From a virus: DNA of 64,000 nucleotides. The DNA lies in the IMG/VR virus record IMGVR_UViG_3300021518_000005, positions 1-64,000 of that record, one strand, 5' to 3'. The notes under the pieces are model-generated. The model searched no databases. It saw only the letters and a list, made by a program, of their open reading frames with translations, and had not been told where the DNA came from. The position numbers were made by a program, and so were the translations under genes. The first letter of the stretch is position 1; each line of letters begins with the position of its first letter. Positions 21,429-32,790 of this stretch are shown piece after piece.

Positions 21429-21878
21429 TCAGTTATCCTCCATCATAACTAGAATTGGTAATTTTGGCGGCGTAGATACACGCCATGTTTGCGGGTGTTC
21501 TGGTGGGCCAATGGGTTGCAATGCCTTTTTAGCCTCATATAGACCTTCTTCATAATCAAATGTACGCGCAGAAGGGTATTTTGTATAATATCCATTTACA
21601 TCCTCCGCCACTCTTTGATTGTGTAATGCGATTGATTCCGCCCAGGAAGATAACGACAAGTCAGGAGTTATTTCCTTGCCTGTTTCATCAAACACAGTAA
21701 CAAGACCAACCTCCAACTCATCATACTCGTCGTTATATACTAATTCGCTAGACACCTTAAACGAATGCGCCTTGTCGCCGTAGTATTCTCGTACAAAATC
21801 AGCATATGATTGCCAATGCAATGATGCACGCATAGCATACAATGCTGTTTCGATCTCTTGCTCCGTTAGTGTTTTCAT
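21429..21878 (-). CDS. Hypothetical protein
   Basis: Translationally coupled to the upstream DUF6915-like gene. Confidence 0.55.
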   Translation of the reverse strand: MKTLTEQEIETALYAMRASLHWQSYADFVREYYGDKAHSFKVSSELVYNDEYDELEVGLVTVFDETGKEITPDLSLSSWAESIALHNQRVAEDVNGYYTKYPSARTFDYEEGLYEAKKALQPIGPPEHPQTWRVSTPPKLPILVMMEDN

Positions 21879-22276
21879 ACTTGGTCATCTTCTTCCGCGC
21901 TCAACTGCCGAGCGCCTTTCATCATCCATGGCTCGATTGCGATCGTTCCTAAACACTTCTCTAACGTTGGGATAAACCCGTAATCTTCCAGTACATGCTG
22001 CTCCGCAATTAATCGTGTTGGCACCTCCTTTGTATCTGATACTCGTGTTAGTGTGACACCAAAGATCTGCTCACACAGAAAAATACCAAATGAGTTGTGG
22101 AGCAATAACCGATGCCGACAATCAGCAAGATGCGCTTTTGTTTGATCGAACCAGTTGTGAATGTGTATGTAATCCTCTGGTTGACCACCGAACTTCCGCG
22201 CCGATGATTTTGCATGATAATATGGATGGCTCACGAAAGACTCTCCGTAATAAATGTAATTGTGTATGTGTACCAC
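21875..22276 (-). CDS. DUF6915-like protein (true start probably near VSHPYYH)
   Basis: HPYYHAKSSARKFGG...IHNWFD.TK...RHR..LH...EQHVLED motif. Confidence 0.7.
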   Translation of the reverse strand: MVHIHNYIYYGESFVSHPYYHAKSSARKFGGQPEDYIHIHNWFDQTKAHLADCRHRLLLHNSFGIFLCEQIFGVTLTRVSDTKEVPTRLIAEQHVLEDYGFIPTLEKCLGTIAIEPWMMKGARQLSAEEDDQV

Positions 22277-22663
22277 AACCGACCGTATTCAGTTAATGTT
22301 ACAATCGTTTGCGGATGTACGCTAATAAGCCTCGTATTGTATTGCCAGTCATCATCTTCATGAACTAATTCCATAGCCTGCCCGATAGCTTCGTCCAGTT
22401 CTAGCCCTTCACCTGAAAATGCCCATGGAAGTATCATGTTTAACCCTCCCTTGATTCGAGCACCATCATAAATTGATCCTCGGTCACAATACACACTGAA
22501 ATCTTGTGGTCTGTCCAGTTTTCATACGGGGAATATACGTCTAATGCTATCTCAATACCCCTGCGATGTGCCAGGAATTCACTTTCTGCTACAACAGTTG
22601 CGGCGCAACACCCCACCACTTGATCGCCTTTACGTGCCGATAACGCCAATCCATAAATATTCA

Positions 22664-23644
22664 TCATACATCCTTATGAATACAGACAAGATACGTTGAT
22701 ACGCCAGTGGGTCTATCACTCTCCAAGAATGCCCCATCTGGTAGCTTTTCAGCGATACCACCAACCGCATCAAGCCATGTACGAAATGCCACCGCTTTTT
22801 TTGTCGCCTGGAAGAATGGCGATGCGCTCATGACACTTACCATTTTTCCGCCATGCTTAAGTAGATCATACATATGCTGGACATGGGCAACATCTTGTAA
22901 TTGCTCGAATGGCGGATTAGCAATGATTCGATTATAGATACCAGGCTGATCGAATTCCATAAAATCATCAGCAATCAGCACATGGCCTTTCAGCTCAAGG
23001 ATTTCGCGCAATCGCCAATTACACTCGATAACATCAAGCCGCGCATCAGGATAGGTAGATCGCACCTGATCGGCAATACTTCCTTTGCCTGCACTTGGTT
23101 CCAACACACGCATACCTGACTGAATATCTGCAAGCCACAACATCCGCGTAATAACCGATTGCGGCGTTGGGAAATAGCCTGGAATATCTAGGCCGACTAA
23201 GGCGCGCTCCCGTTGCACAATCTCACGTTCACGATCTGGCACCTGCGGCACATCCTGGGCTAACGCTAGGAGCATGACACGAGCAGCATCATACGTATGC
23301 TCATTCAGGCCCAACGCAAGCACTTTTGAATACGAATCATAGTGCGGCTTTGGACATTCTCCGTAGGTGCAAAGTAATTCCACGGCTGCCTTGGTTTTGA
23401 CTTCTGCCAGCAACGACGGCACAATACCAATGTCGTGCGCCCGTGCTAGCCCGCGTAGCAATGCTTGCAGCTGCTCCAATATATCAGCTTCGCGCTCCAT
23501 AGCATCAATGATACGCATGCGTCGCGCCGTAGGCCGCTGCTGCGCTGTGCTGCTATTTCGTTTCTGCTGAATGGTTTTGTCAAGTGTCTGAGCAGCTTTG
23601 TATAGCCGCTCAGACACCATTGACGTGCGTTGTGTTGTGGTCAT
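22664..23644 (-). CDS. Class I SAM-dependent DNA methyltransferase
   Basis: YFPTP, VLEPSAGKG and ANPPF motifs. Confidence 0.85.
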   Translation of the reverse strand: MTTTQRTSMVSERLYKAAQTLDKTIQQKRNSSTAQQRPTARRMRIIDAMEREADILEQLQALLRGLARAHDIGIVPSLLAEVKTKAAVELLCTYGECPKPHYDSYSKVLALGLNEHTYDAARVMLLALAQDVPQVPDREREIVQRERALVGLDIPGYFPTPQSVITRMLWLADIQSGMRVLEPSAGKGSIADQVRSTYPDARLDVIECNWRLREILELKGHVLIADDFMEFDQPGIYNRIIANPPFEQLQDVAHVQHMYDLLKHGGKMVSVMSASPFFQATKKAVAFRTWLDAVGGIAEKLPDGAFLESDRPTGVSTYLVCIHKDV

Positions 23645-24732
23645 CGTAAACTCATCGGCATAATCACATGGACATAATCGCTCATGTTACCAACAGGACG
23701 CACAACAAGCGGCTGTGTGCTACTTTGCGTCTCAATAGACACTGTTTGCGTATCAAGTCGTGCTAGCACTTCCAGGAAGTAGAGTACGTTAATGGCAATA
23801 ACCCCAACACCAGTAACGACAGCATCAACATCACCTTGATTATCGCCCACCTCAGCAGCATTAGCACTCAACGTAATACCATCCGATGCCATTTCGAGCT
23901 TGATAACGTTTTGCGCATTGACTGCAAACAACTTCGCAAGATTGACCGCTCGAATGAGTGCAAGCCGATCAACTACTGCCCGCGCCGTATACGAATCCGG
24001 CAGAATACGGCGGAAATCGGGATATTTTCCCTCGATTAGCCGAGACATGACTTGTGTCTCGTTGTCACTAAAAAAGACCTGATTAGCTGTCATGGCAACA
24101 TGGCACGTATCGCCATGTAAGACTGATGCAACGAGGGCCACGGTGCGCGCCGGAATAATGATCGGCGCATCCTCTTCGCCCTCAACTGCCAGCGTCTCTA
24201 CGGCCATGCGAAAACCGTCTGCTGCTGCAATACTCAGTGCATTGTTGCGGCGCTCTAAAAGCACGCCAGCGAGCACGGGGCGGCTATCATCAGTTGCCGC
24301 TGCAATACCGACGCGCTCAAATGCATGCAGCAGTAACGCGCTAGGAAATGTATCTACAAAATCAGTCGGCATCGCGGGAACGGATGGAAACTCATCAGCA
24401 TCAATACCCCTAATGCTTGTCTTAAATCTTGATGCCTGTACCTGCAATGTTGCTTTTGTATTATCCCATGCCAGTGTCACGTCACCCTCTGGCAGCGCAG
24501 ACACGACATCGGAGAGAAGTTTGAACGGAACAGTACCAGACCAATCCATAGTACTACGCGCCTGTAGTTTTGTGGTAATAGCCGTGTCGAGATTAGTACT
24601 ACTCAGCGTTAACGTACTATCCTCGACGCGCATGAGTACATTTGAGAGTACCGGCAACGTCGTTTTACCTGCGACCGACCGACCGACCAAGTTCAATTTT
24701 TTCTTAAACTCACCTTGTTGCACCGTTGTCAT
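23641..24732 (-). CDS. dnaN: DNA polymerase III beta sliding clamp
   Basis: TLPVLSNVL, STNLD, DDSRPVLAGV, AADGFR, SRLIEGKYPDF and C-terminal VIMPM motifs. Confidence 0.95.
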   Translation of the reverse strand: MTTVQQGEFKKKLNLVGRSVAGKTTLPVLSNVLMRVEDSTLTLSSTNLDTAITTKLQARSTMDWSGTVPFKLLSDVVSALPEGDVTLAWDNTKATLQVQASRFKTSIRGIDADEFPSVPAMPTDFVDTFPSALLLHAFERVGIAAATDDSRPVLAGVLLERRNNALSIAAADGFRMAVETLAVEGEEDAPIIIPARTVALVASVLHGDTCHVAMTANQVFFSDNETQVMSRLIEGKYPDFRRILPDSYTARAVVDRLALIRAVNLAKLFAVNAQNVIKLEMASDGITLSANAAEVGDNQGDVDAVVTGVGVIAINVLYFLEVLARLDTQTVSIETQSSTQPLVVRPVGNMSDYVHVIMPMSLR

Positions 24733-25107
24733 TTTTGCTTCTCCGCAAGTGTTGCAAGACCGAAAAGTGTTGCGATTGCTAATGTAATAATAAGATGGCG
24801 TGATGTATCCGGAAAATCCAAAGCGTATGCCAGTAAGATGATAAAGACGAATCCGCCAATAAATCGCCGAATTTGACTACTGGCTGCCATGTACTTCCTC
24901 GTATGCTAGCGCTGCATCCACAATGGATGCATAAATACGGCTAGCAGAGGCCAGCAACAAATCACGAACAGCCTGTTCAATACGATCCTTCCAGGCGTTG
25001 TAATCGCCCGACTGAATAGCATCACGAATAGTGGTGTCAAAGGACATTTCAGCTTCAATCATTGTTAATACCTTTCCCATATCACTCCTTTCTGTTTACC
25101 TGAGAAC

Positions 25108-25136
25108 ATCTTACCATGTCGGTAAGAAAATGTCAA
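25108..25136 (-). promoter_or_regulatory. Early promoter with palindromic operator
   Basis: Same motif as the other operator-promoters. Confidence 0.8.
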
Positions 25137-25744
25137 ACAAAAAAGCGCGCAATCGTTATTTCACGAAAACGCGCTTTTCTATAATTACGCTGGTTGCTGG
25201 ATGACCTCCTCCAAAATCTCTCCTATATCCTCGTGGCTCATGCCCAGAAACTGAGCACGCTTCACGAGAAACGCTAGCTCTGTCATGAGCCAGTAGCGAC
25301 ACTCTTCCGGCCCAACATCCATCAGCGTGTGCCTATAAAACGTTTGAAATTCCCCTTCAGCGGTCTCCACAATACTTAATTCACGATGCTTGATGTCCTC
25401 TGGCTTTGGCACGCTCCCCACAAGATACCCCAATGTCCGATGCGAACGAACCAGCTGTCTCATCGCAGCCCCCTTAATCGAGCCTCGTACAATAATCCCT
25501 TGGCATATTGTACCATGTCATCACCATGCGGCTTGCCAGTAATACGGCATAGTTCCAAATGTGTAGACTGTCGCTCTGAGTCCAGCACTCGCAGCTCTTC
25601 TAGGCTGTATTGGCCGCTTCCAATTTGCTGGACAAGATCGACATACTCTTGGCACATATCCAACAAATGAGTATCCATAAAAAGAGATTCCTTTGCAGCT
25701 AGAACAGCATCGCCATAGCGTGCAACTCTACCTACTTGCGAACT

Positions 25745-26680
25745 TCATCCATCGCTTGCTTGCGCTCCATATCCACGAGGAAACTCCTGTATCTGTAAAT
25801 CAGCTGGAATGTCATGCTCACCTTTGCCCGAAAATACAAAACTTCCCATTTGCTTCATAAAAAACGCAGTGCCTGCTAATTCACACTGGTTACGTATCGA
25901 GCGCGCCCATTGTGCTTCCATACGGCGCGCTTTGGTACCGCTCTCCCCGCCAACAATTACCCAATGAATTGGCCGTTCACACGCCAACTCTTTTTCAAAT
26001 CCGTCTTTCATCCAACGATAGCCAGAAAGCATATCCCAATATATTGCGCCATCACCGTATTCGTCGCCCTGGTGTTCTGTTACCGTGAAATCTATCGGCC
26101 CTAGCAGCGGCTCACAACTCAAAAATCGAACCTTTGCAGGAATTTGCACCAGATATGAGATGCGTTCCTCCGCCACGGACTGACTTTCAACAGATGTACC
26201 AACCCATACATTTGATGGCATCGTAGGACTGTTGTCTGCTGTAAACACAAACATATCAGCTCCCCAACGCGCTGGCATATAGCGCGCAATGTTTTGTGGT
26301 CGCTTAGTCAGCAACAACCAATCGAGATGTGGTGTTTCCTCAATAAGCGCCCATAAACGCACACGAGCGGCCTGTACAAGCGGCCATGCCTCTTCTGGCA
26401 TTGTTTCAGGCCCCTCAAAGACATCGGCCAATGAAGCACAAAAGACTCTGTGCCGTTCTCCTGCCTTCTCAGCGGTCTTATTCCATTTATGCGGCTGCCG
26501 CCAATAGGATTCAGACGCGATTACACGCGATCCCTGCACGCCCCAAACACCCAACACACCAGGATTACGCTTGCTCATCGCGTCAGCGTAACAGAATTTA
26601 CAGCCGTCCGATACTTTTGTACAGCCTCGCCACGGGTTGAATGTATGATGCGTCCATGAGATGTGACTGTTTTCTGCCAT
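25745..26680 (-). CDS. Phage Gp37/Gp68 (DUF5131) radical-SAM-like protein
   Basis: ISWTHHTFNPWRGCTKVSDGCKFCYA, LLTKRP, FLSCEPLLG, WVIVGGESG, FFMKQ. Confidence 0.9.
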   Translation of the reverse strand: MAENSHISWTHHTFNPWRGCTKVSDGCKFCYADAMSKRNPGVLGVWGVQGSRVIASESYWRQPHKWNKTAEKAGERHRVFCASLADVFEGPETMPEEAWPLVQAARVRLWALIEETPHLDWLLLTKRPQNIARYMPARWGADMFVFTADNSPTMPSNVWVGTSVESQSVAEERISYLVQIPAKVRFLSCEPLLGPIDFTVTEHQGDEYGDGAIYWDMLSGYRWMKDGFEKELACERPIHWVIVGGESGTKARRMEAQWARSIRNQCELAGTAFFMKQMGSFVFSGKGEHDIPADLQIQEFPRGYGAQASDG

Positions 26681-26682
26681 GG

Positions 26683-27576
26683 CTATCTGCTCCATAGAAA
26701 GTCAATAATCTGAGCCAGTCGAATAACGTCAATCGTTACCGCGTCTTCCCGTGGCGCTTTTGCTGTTCCCCTGCCAGCAAACCAGCCAGCCGGATGAAGG
26801 AACCATGTTGTTAATTCGTCGGCAATAGCACGATCCTCCTCTGACTTGTCAATGTACTGAATAGCATGCTCAATAAGCTTGCCTACGTGCGTTTCGCTCC
26901 ACTCTGTCGCACGCTGGATACCAATCGTATTTGTCTCGTAATTAACAAACATGACCATTCGAGCGCCATGCTCATAGGCCGCGCTTGTCGCAAAGGGCGG
27001 CGCATTCTCAAGTACCACAAAATACCCGTCATCACTTTGATATGTCATACTCGATACAAGTGCTTGCTGCGCCTGGTGACGCGCCAGCAACTGAGTATTA
27101 AGGGCATCGAGCACATCAAACGCCCATGTCGTCAACTGCTCATCATCCCACCTTGCGGCCTTGTGCGCGCTTAAAAGCGCATGGATGCCGATCTTTCGAG
27201 ACCAATCAGCACCATCCGCAGCAATACCAAGATCACCAGCTGTTACCATATTGATAAGCGGAATGAGATGCTGTACCGATGCTACGCCTGTCGAGATCAG
27301 GAAACTGTACACCAGTTCAGCAGCTGATGTATTAGCTTCGTGACCTGCCAACTGGTGATGATCGAATCGTAGTGTTTTGCGATCATAGACCTTTCCAGTG
27401 TCTACAACTGCCGTGGCATCTGCCAGAATAGCAGGATCAGGATTGCCCGTGTTGACAAAAATCAACTCAGCATCATTGAATTCAGGATAAAAACGAACAA
27501 GCTGCCATGCCGCTGTTAAACAATCCCAATCTGGCGACACGTGCAATACAATCGTTGTCAATTGAAGCCCCCTCAT
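26683..27576 (-). CDS. MYG1/DHH-like phosphoesterase
   Basis: H..PDWD and VVDTGKVYD....RFDHHQ motifs. Confidence 0.65.
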   Translation of the reverse strand: MRGLQLTTIVLHVSPDWDCLTAAWQLVRFYPEFNDAELIFVNTGNPDPAILADATAVVDTGKVYDRKTLRFDHHQLAGHEANTSAAELVYSFLISTGVASVQHLIPLINMVTAGDLGIAADGADWSRKIGIHALLSAHKAARWDDEQLTTWAFDVLDALNTQLLARHQAQQALVSSMTYQSDDGYFVVLENAPPFATSAAYEHGARMVMFVNYETNTIGIQRATEWSETHVGKLIEHAIQYIDKSEEDRAIADELTTWFLHPAGWFAGRGTAKAPREDAVTIDVIRLAQIIDFLWSR

Positions 27577-27807
27577 GCGAACACAGCGAGCAGTTTAACT
27601 CGCTGTGTTCGCATGGACTACTACTCTTCCGGCCAAAACACAATAACTGAAAACACAACCGCCGTTACGATCATCGCCGTGATTGCCATGATGTACACCT
27701 GGAACGACACGGTGTACACCGACACGAGAAACAGGCCTACAAGGATGAGCGCGAGTATGCTGATGATAAGAATCGGCATCCGTGTACTCCTTCACTGAAC
27801 TTGATGT

Positions 27808-27836
27808 ATCTTACCATATCGGTAAGAACTTGTCAA
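27808..27836 (-). promoter_or_regulatory. Early promoter with palindromic operator
   Basis: Same motif as the other operator-promoters. Confidence 0.8.
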
Positions 27837-28129
27837 GCCCTTTGTGAAGGCGTAAACCCTACTTGTACCGTGCAATAAGCCCGAACGCAGTAGCGATACC
27901 GACACTCATAGTTAATACAACGACCCATGCCATAGATACATCAACATAAACGCCAATAACGAGCGCCAGCATGCCAGATGCAAGTACTGCCAACAACCCG
28001 TACATCACTTTGTTTGTCATGTCCATATTTCCTGTAATAAAAAAGGAGGTATACCGCGTGCATCTTACCACAGTGGTACGAGGCATGTCAACATTGCCAC
28101 CGTCTGAGACAAACGAGTGCAAGCAAAAG

Positions 28130-28600
28130 ACCGTAACACCCCCTGCGTAAATCCACACCTACCCCTGTGCGTTTCCACACCCCCCCTGTGGATTCCCGCA
28201 CCCGCATTGCAAAGCCGTAAATCGCCAATTACACGGTATCATACGTATCTCTTCATGCCGTGAGAATGGCAGTATTCCGCGTCTCAATGCGAAGTGTGGA
28301 AACGCGCACCACCCCTGTGGAAATACACAGGTATTTCGACCATTTCGTCGGAAATTTCGACCATTTCGTCGGAAATTTCGACCATTTCGTCGGTAGAAGT
28401 AATCGGGGTTTGCGCCATTTCAAAGCCGTAAAATGCCACAAAATTTTAAGGGAATCATATACATGAATCATATACATGAATCATATACATTTTTTGCATT
28501 TTTTTTGCGCATTTTTTTTGCGCATTTTTTTTGCGGCACTAGCGCGCTGCGCTTGCTCGCTCACTGCGTTCGCGCTGCCCCAATTTCGCTTCGCTCTTTT
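28130..28600. repeat. Putative iteron-type replication origin
   Basis: CACC..CCCTG(T/C)G repeats (28135-28320); three tandem 21-mers atttcgaccatttcgtcggaa (28333-28393); three tandem AT-rich 13-mers gaatcatatacat (28452-28490); phased T-tracts (28490-28532). Confidence 0.6.
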
Positions 28601-28897
28601 TCCAGGCATTCCGGACATGCCTAGACAGGGTAATAGAGAGACTGGCAGAACGTACTTCCTTTATTTGGACGAAACGCATTTCATCCATGGGAAGAATAAA
28701 AACGATCCTCAACCTATTTGATGTACTACGCGCTTAATCTCTTACCATCTACGACAGGATCACCGGAACAGTATTCTATGTGTGTTTGTGAAATGTTTCA
28801 CCTCATAAACGTGGTGGAATTGAGCGGAATGCATAATTTGACTCTATCACCACAAGTGCTACAATAGCAACATATAGTCAGTTGAAAAACAGAGGGG

Positions 28898-29089
28898 GTG
28901 ATGATGGAAGAGAAATTGAAAACGGGTGAAGCGGCTCGATTGATCGGAGTCCACATTCAAACGATACGACGATGGGCAGCTGCGGGACTGATTAAGACAT
29001 TGACATTACCAAGCGGGCAACGGTTGGTCTATCGTTCGGAGGTGGAACGCATTGTAGGAAAACGTGAGCATGTGGAGAAGGCATTGTGA
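28898..29089 (+). CDS. MerR-like/excisionase HTH protein
   Basis: LKTGEAARLIGVHIQTIRRWAAAGLI...LPSGQR. Confidence 0.8.
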   Translation: MMMEEKLKTGEAARLIGVHIQTIRRWAAAGLIKTLTLPSGQRLVYRSEVERIVGKREHVEKAL

Positions 29090-29874
29090 ACGCCATTCGA
29101 CAAGACTATGCACAAATTGAACGCATTATGCTCCTTACGCGCAAGTTAGGGCCGGTTGAGAAAATTGTATGGAATGCCATGCGGTTATACGATTGGAGTG
29201 TGGGAAGTGTACATCCTTCGCTTGAAACGCTTTGTGAGGATATTAATGCCTGCAATCCTGACGATCTGGTTGATATTGAAACGGTTCGCCGAGCGACCAA
29301 GAAACTTGAAAAAGTAGGACTTATCACACAAGAAACGATCAAGCGCAGCGGCCAGCGATCATTTACGCGCTACATCATGAACGATATTCCCGCAAGTATC
29401 ACAGGCGGCGAACCTATTCCGCTGGTGTATCGAGAAGGTGGATGGTCTAATACCTCAAATAAACAAAAGCAGGAGCAACAGCAACCACGAGCGCAAGAGG
29501 CATCGCAGCAGAGCGTTACTGCTGTACCTGCCGCAAAAGAAGACTCGCTATGTGTAAGAACGTTCCGTGAAAGCTTGCAAGACATCGGTCTACCACGTCA
29601 TCTACATGACGATCAGAAGCGCCTCATTGACTCGGTAGAACCCGACGAAGTCCTGGCGTACACTATTCCACAGATCTGCGATGCATATGACGTTACTGAT
29701 GTGGATGTATTCATCGATCTGTATGTCGGTGGCAAGGATGCAGTAGATTGGTTTCTGGCTACTCGTTCGCAAAGAAAAAGCCCGGATGCTGCCAACATCC
29801 AGGCTTCCAAGTACTACCACGCTGCACAAGCACAAACACAAGCACACTCTTTAGACGATGAGCCTCCATTTTAA
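29086..29874 (+). CDS. HTH replication-initiator-like protein
   Basis: HPSLETLC...TVRRATKKLEKVGLI winged HTH; acidic DDEPPF tail; adjacent to the iteron region. Confidence 0.6.
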   Translation: MNAIRQDYAQIERIMLLTRKLGPVEKIVWNAMRLYDWSVGSVHPSLETLCEDINACNPDDLVDIETVRRATKKLEKVGLITQETIKRSGQRSFTRYIMNDIPASITGGEPIPLVYREGGWSNTSNKQKQEQQQPRAQEASQQSVTAVPAAKEDSLCVRTFRESLQDIGLPRHLHDDQKRLIDSVEPDEVLAYTIPQICDAYDVTDVDVFIDLYVGGKDAVDWFLATRSQRKSPDAANIQASKYYHAAQAQTQAHSLDDEPPF

Positions 29875-29950
29875 CGTACATTGGTATACGTGTCAAACAG
29901 AATAGTTGCGGTTGCCGGAAAATAAAATATCAGCCCCTCAGCGGGCTTGT

Positions 29951-30006
29951 GACGCACGAAAAGAGCACGAACGAGGAAATACCTGTTCGTGCTCTTTTCG
30001 TGCGTC
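29951..30006. repeat. Perfect 22-bp inverted repeat
   Basis: gacgcacgaaaagagcacgaac-12 nt-gttcgtgctcttttcgtgcgtc. Confidence 0.9.
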
Positions 30007-30133
30007 CTGAGCCTTCCTGTGACGTTCTAGGCGGTCTTGCAGGCGTGTATCGTGTAGATGTTCTCTGAATCGGCGAACTCTTACGCTTAAAAGTCGGTGT
30101 TTGCACCTCAATACAAACATTACAAAACGGTCA

Positions 30134-30162
30134 TTGACATTATCTTACCGATATGGTAAGAT
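30134..30162 (+). promoter_or_regulatory. Promoter with palindromic operator
   Basis: TTGACA TTAT CTTACC GATAT GGTAAG AT on the plus strand. Confidence 0.8.
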
Positions 30163-31218
30163 GTTTGTGTAAGAACAAGCGCACACGAAAGGACACGGCA
30201 ATGTACACGAAAGAAATCAAGTACGACAACATCACCAAGGACTTTGCCGCCTATCTCAATGGCTCACTTGTCGGCTTCTATCCTGATTACCAATCAGCCG
30301 AACAAGCACTTGACGCTCTCGTATATAAGGCGCTAACCGTGGAGGTGCTGTAATGAGCAAGGAACTGTGCAATTGGTACTACGACTTCACCGAGGATAAG
30401 CAGTACACCAGCGATGATGAAGGCTGCTTAGTGCAGCTCTGCTGCAAACATGCACGCGATCCATTAGCTGCTGGTGACATTCAGTGGGCTTCACGCGGCG
30501 ATGAGAGTACCAGCTGTGAGCATCACGGCTGTACGGCACACAATAACCCACAGGGGCGATGAACTTAGCGAGCGCGGTAGTTGCGGCTGCCGCGCTTGAT
30601 ACCAAACAGGAAAAACAGCAATGTACAAAATTGGCGACTCACTCCTGACATGGGACGGTGTTGTATTCACAGTCAAAGGCGTGCAACGCGCTGAACAGGT
30701 ATATCGCGGCGATAGTGGTATCTGGTGCCACGAAAGCGATATTGTGTGCAAACTGGACATGCCAGCTTCACAGCATCGCGAAGCACTTGAAAGAGAAATG
30801 CGGATGGCTCTGGGCTGGCTGTGGGCAAAAGGGCAGCACGGTCTAGTCAAGCGCATTGAGAGTAACAAAGGTGTAGAGTTTCTTCGCCAAGTTGATCACC
30901 TGATTGATATTCTTGATCACGTTCCTGCTCAGTGGAACATGCCGATTAATTGGCCGAAGTCGTTACGCAAGCTCATTATGATGGAGGAACCTGTATGTAC
31001 GCCGTAGGTGATCATGTCCTTGGTATCGACTACACCGCGTTTACCATTAGCCGCGTCGAGAGCGACGACAAGGAGGTAACGTATCATCGCATGGGATCGC
31101 GCATGCGGTATACGGCGAATGTACACAAAGGGCATTTTGACTATGCTTGAGCAGATTCGGCATCCCACAGCTAGGATGCACTATAACTGGATACAAGCAC
31201 TTTGGGGGGATGTGCAGC

Positions 31219-31737
31219 GTGCCTAGCACGCCAACGCACGACAGAATAACGATTATCGCCGGGGCGCTCCTTGCTCCGGCGTATTCGTTTGCGCAGCAGC
31301 ATGCAGGCAATGAACATGCTGCAACATTGGGCCTTATCGCTGGCACCAGTTGTATTGTTTCAGGACTATGGTTCAGTCCTGATCTTGACCTTGACAGCTG
31401 GATACATCATCGTTGGGGCGCGCTAGCAGCACTATGGAAGCCATACAAACAGCTTGTACCGCATCGCCACTGGGTAAGTCATGGCTTTGTTATCGGCGCG
31501 CTGCTCCGGCTTGTGTATATTGCGTGCATCCTGTTGATTGTAGGGTGCCTGTACAGCCTTGCTGTAACACGAGGTCTTGCATTGGCGGGGATGTGGGTAC
31601 ACGAAATTGCAGCCGCCGCTGTACGGCACTCTGATGCGTTTTCCGCTGCGCTTTTTGGCTTCATTATTGGCAGTGACGCACATATTGCAGCCGACGTTAT
31701 TAGTTCCTCGTGGAAGCGCCGTAAGCGATTGACATGA
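31219..31737 (+). CDS. DUF2227-like metal-binding membrane protein
   Basis: PS..THDRIT, FSPDLD, RWG....LW.PY....HR..VSHG and H..AD motifs. Confidence 0.75.
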   Translation: MPSTPTHDRITIIAGALLAPAYSFAQQHAGNEHAATLGLIAGTSCIVSGLWFSPDLDLDSWIHHRWGALAALWKPYKQLVPHRHWVSHGFVIGALLRLVYIACILLIVGCLYSLAVTRGLALAGMWVHEIAAAAVRHSDAFSAALFGFIIGSDAHIAADVISSSWKRRKRLT

Positions 31738-31791
31738 TGCTTCGTGTTGTGATATGATGTCTAGAAATGATGTCAGCAAGGGAGGTGATAC

Positions 31792-32790
31792 ATGGCAGCA
31801 TCGCAATCGAGTCAAGCACTCAGTCTGTTCACGTTCGACACAAGCATTTTATCGACGGCAGAAGCACAGCACGCGCATAAGATCGGACTATTGACAGCCA
31901 AAAGTGAGGCCCTACACAGCGCACAGCGCCTTGTAGGGGTGGGTCGGCCTTTGCTCTTTGGCGTCCTTCTCGTAAGTTTTGTCCATCTCTGGCACACAGT
32001 AGCATCAATTAAGCCAGGAGAAGTGCAGGATTTAGAACTGTGGGGATGGATCTATCACGTTGCAGCTGCGCTTCTTATCCTCTCGATTGATGCGACTGCT
32101 GCCTATCTGGTATCGGTTCGTGGTACAGCTCGTTATGCTGGTGACACGCGCCCTAATCATGTGGTCATCTTTTTTTACGTGCTTACAGGCATGCTCAATT
32201 TGCTGTTTGTGATGCGCTACAGTCCAGGACTGCCCGATATGGTTGGGGATTTTTTGCCGTTCCTGTCATTTGCAACAGGATTGTTACTTGCTCCACTTAT
32301 TCCGGTGAGCGTGTGGGCCATCGAGCACGCACGGCAAACAGCGGATGCGGCTCGACTTGCGTTACTCGTTGAAGTGACAACATTGAAAGGCATCATCCAA
32401 GCATCGAAAAACAAGGAGAAAGAGCAACACGAGATGAGTGTAAACGAACTTGAGGCATTGCGCGCTGAATTGCAGGCTGCACGGGAAAATGCAGCGCAAC
32501 TGAATCGTGAGAAGCAGCAGATTATGATCGAGTTACAGGCAGAGCATAATCGTGTTGTAGCGCAACAGCAACACGCACCGCTGATTACAACACGCTTACC
32601 AGTGGAGCGCGGGAAGCCATCCAAGCGCGATGCCGTGATTGCACTATTCGAGCGATACAATCATCAAGGCATATGGGTTGATGGATGGAGCGCAAAGCGC
32701 ATCGCCGATGAAGTATCGACCGATGCGGAGCCGGTAACAGCGCAGCGTGTCAGTGAGTACATTAGCAAATATAAGAAAGTGAGCGGATAA
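31792..32790 (+). CDS. Spd-like membrane protein (4 TM + coiled coil + C-terminal HTH)
   Basis: Four hydrophobic helices, a coiled coil (ELEALRAELQAARENAAQLNRE) and a terminal HTH (WSAKRIADEV...TAQRVSEYISKYKK); GGAGG RBS. Confidence 0.55.
   Translation: MAASQSSQALSLFTFDTSILSTAEAQHAHKIGLLTAKSEALHSAQRLVGVGRPLLFGVLLVSFVHLWHTVASIKPGEVQDLELWGWIYHVAAALLILSIDATAAYLVSVRGTARYAGDTRPNHVVIFFYVLTGMLNLLFVMRYSPGLPDMVGDFLPFLSFATGLLLAPLIPVSVWAIEHARQTADAARLALLVEVTTLKGIIQASKNKEKEQHEMSVNELEALRAELQAARENAAQLNREKQQIMIELQAEHNRVVAQQQHAPLITTRLPVERGKPSKRDAVIALFERYNHQGIWVDGWSAKRIADEVSTDAEPVTAQRVSEYISKYKKVSG

Noticed and set aside
28333-28393. CRISPR array
   Set aside because: The 21-mers are tandem with no spacers, and no cas genes are present; the TKWSKFP ORFs here are by-products of the repeat.
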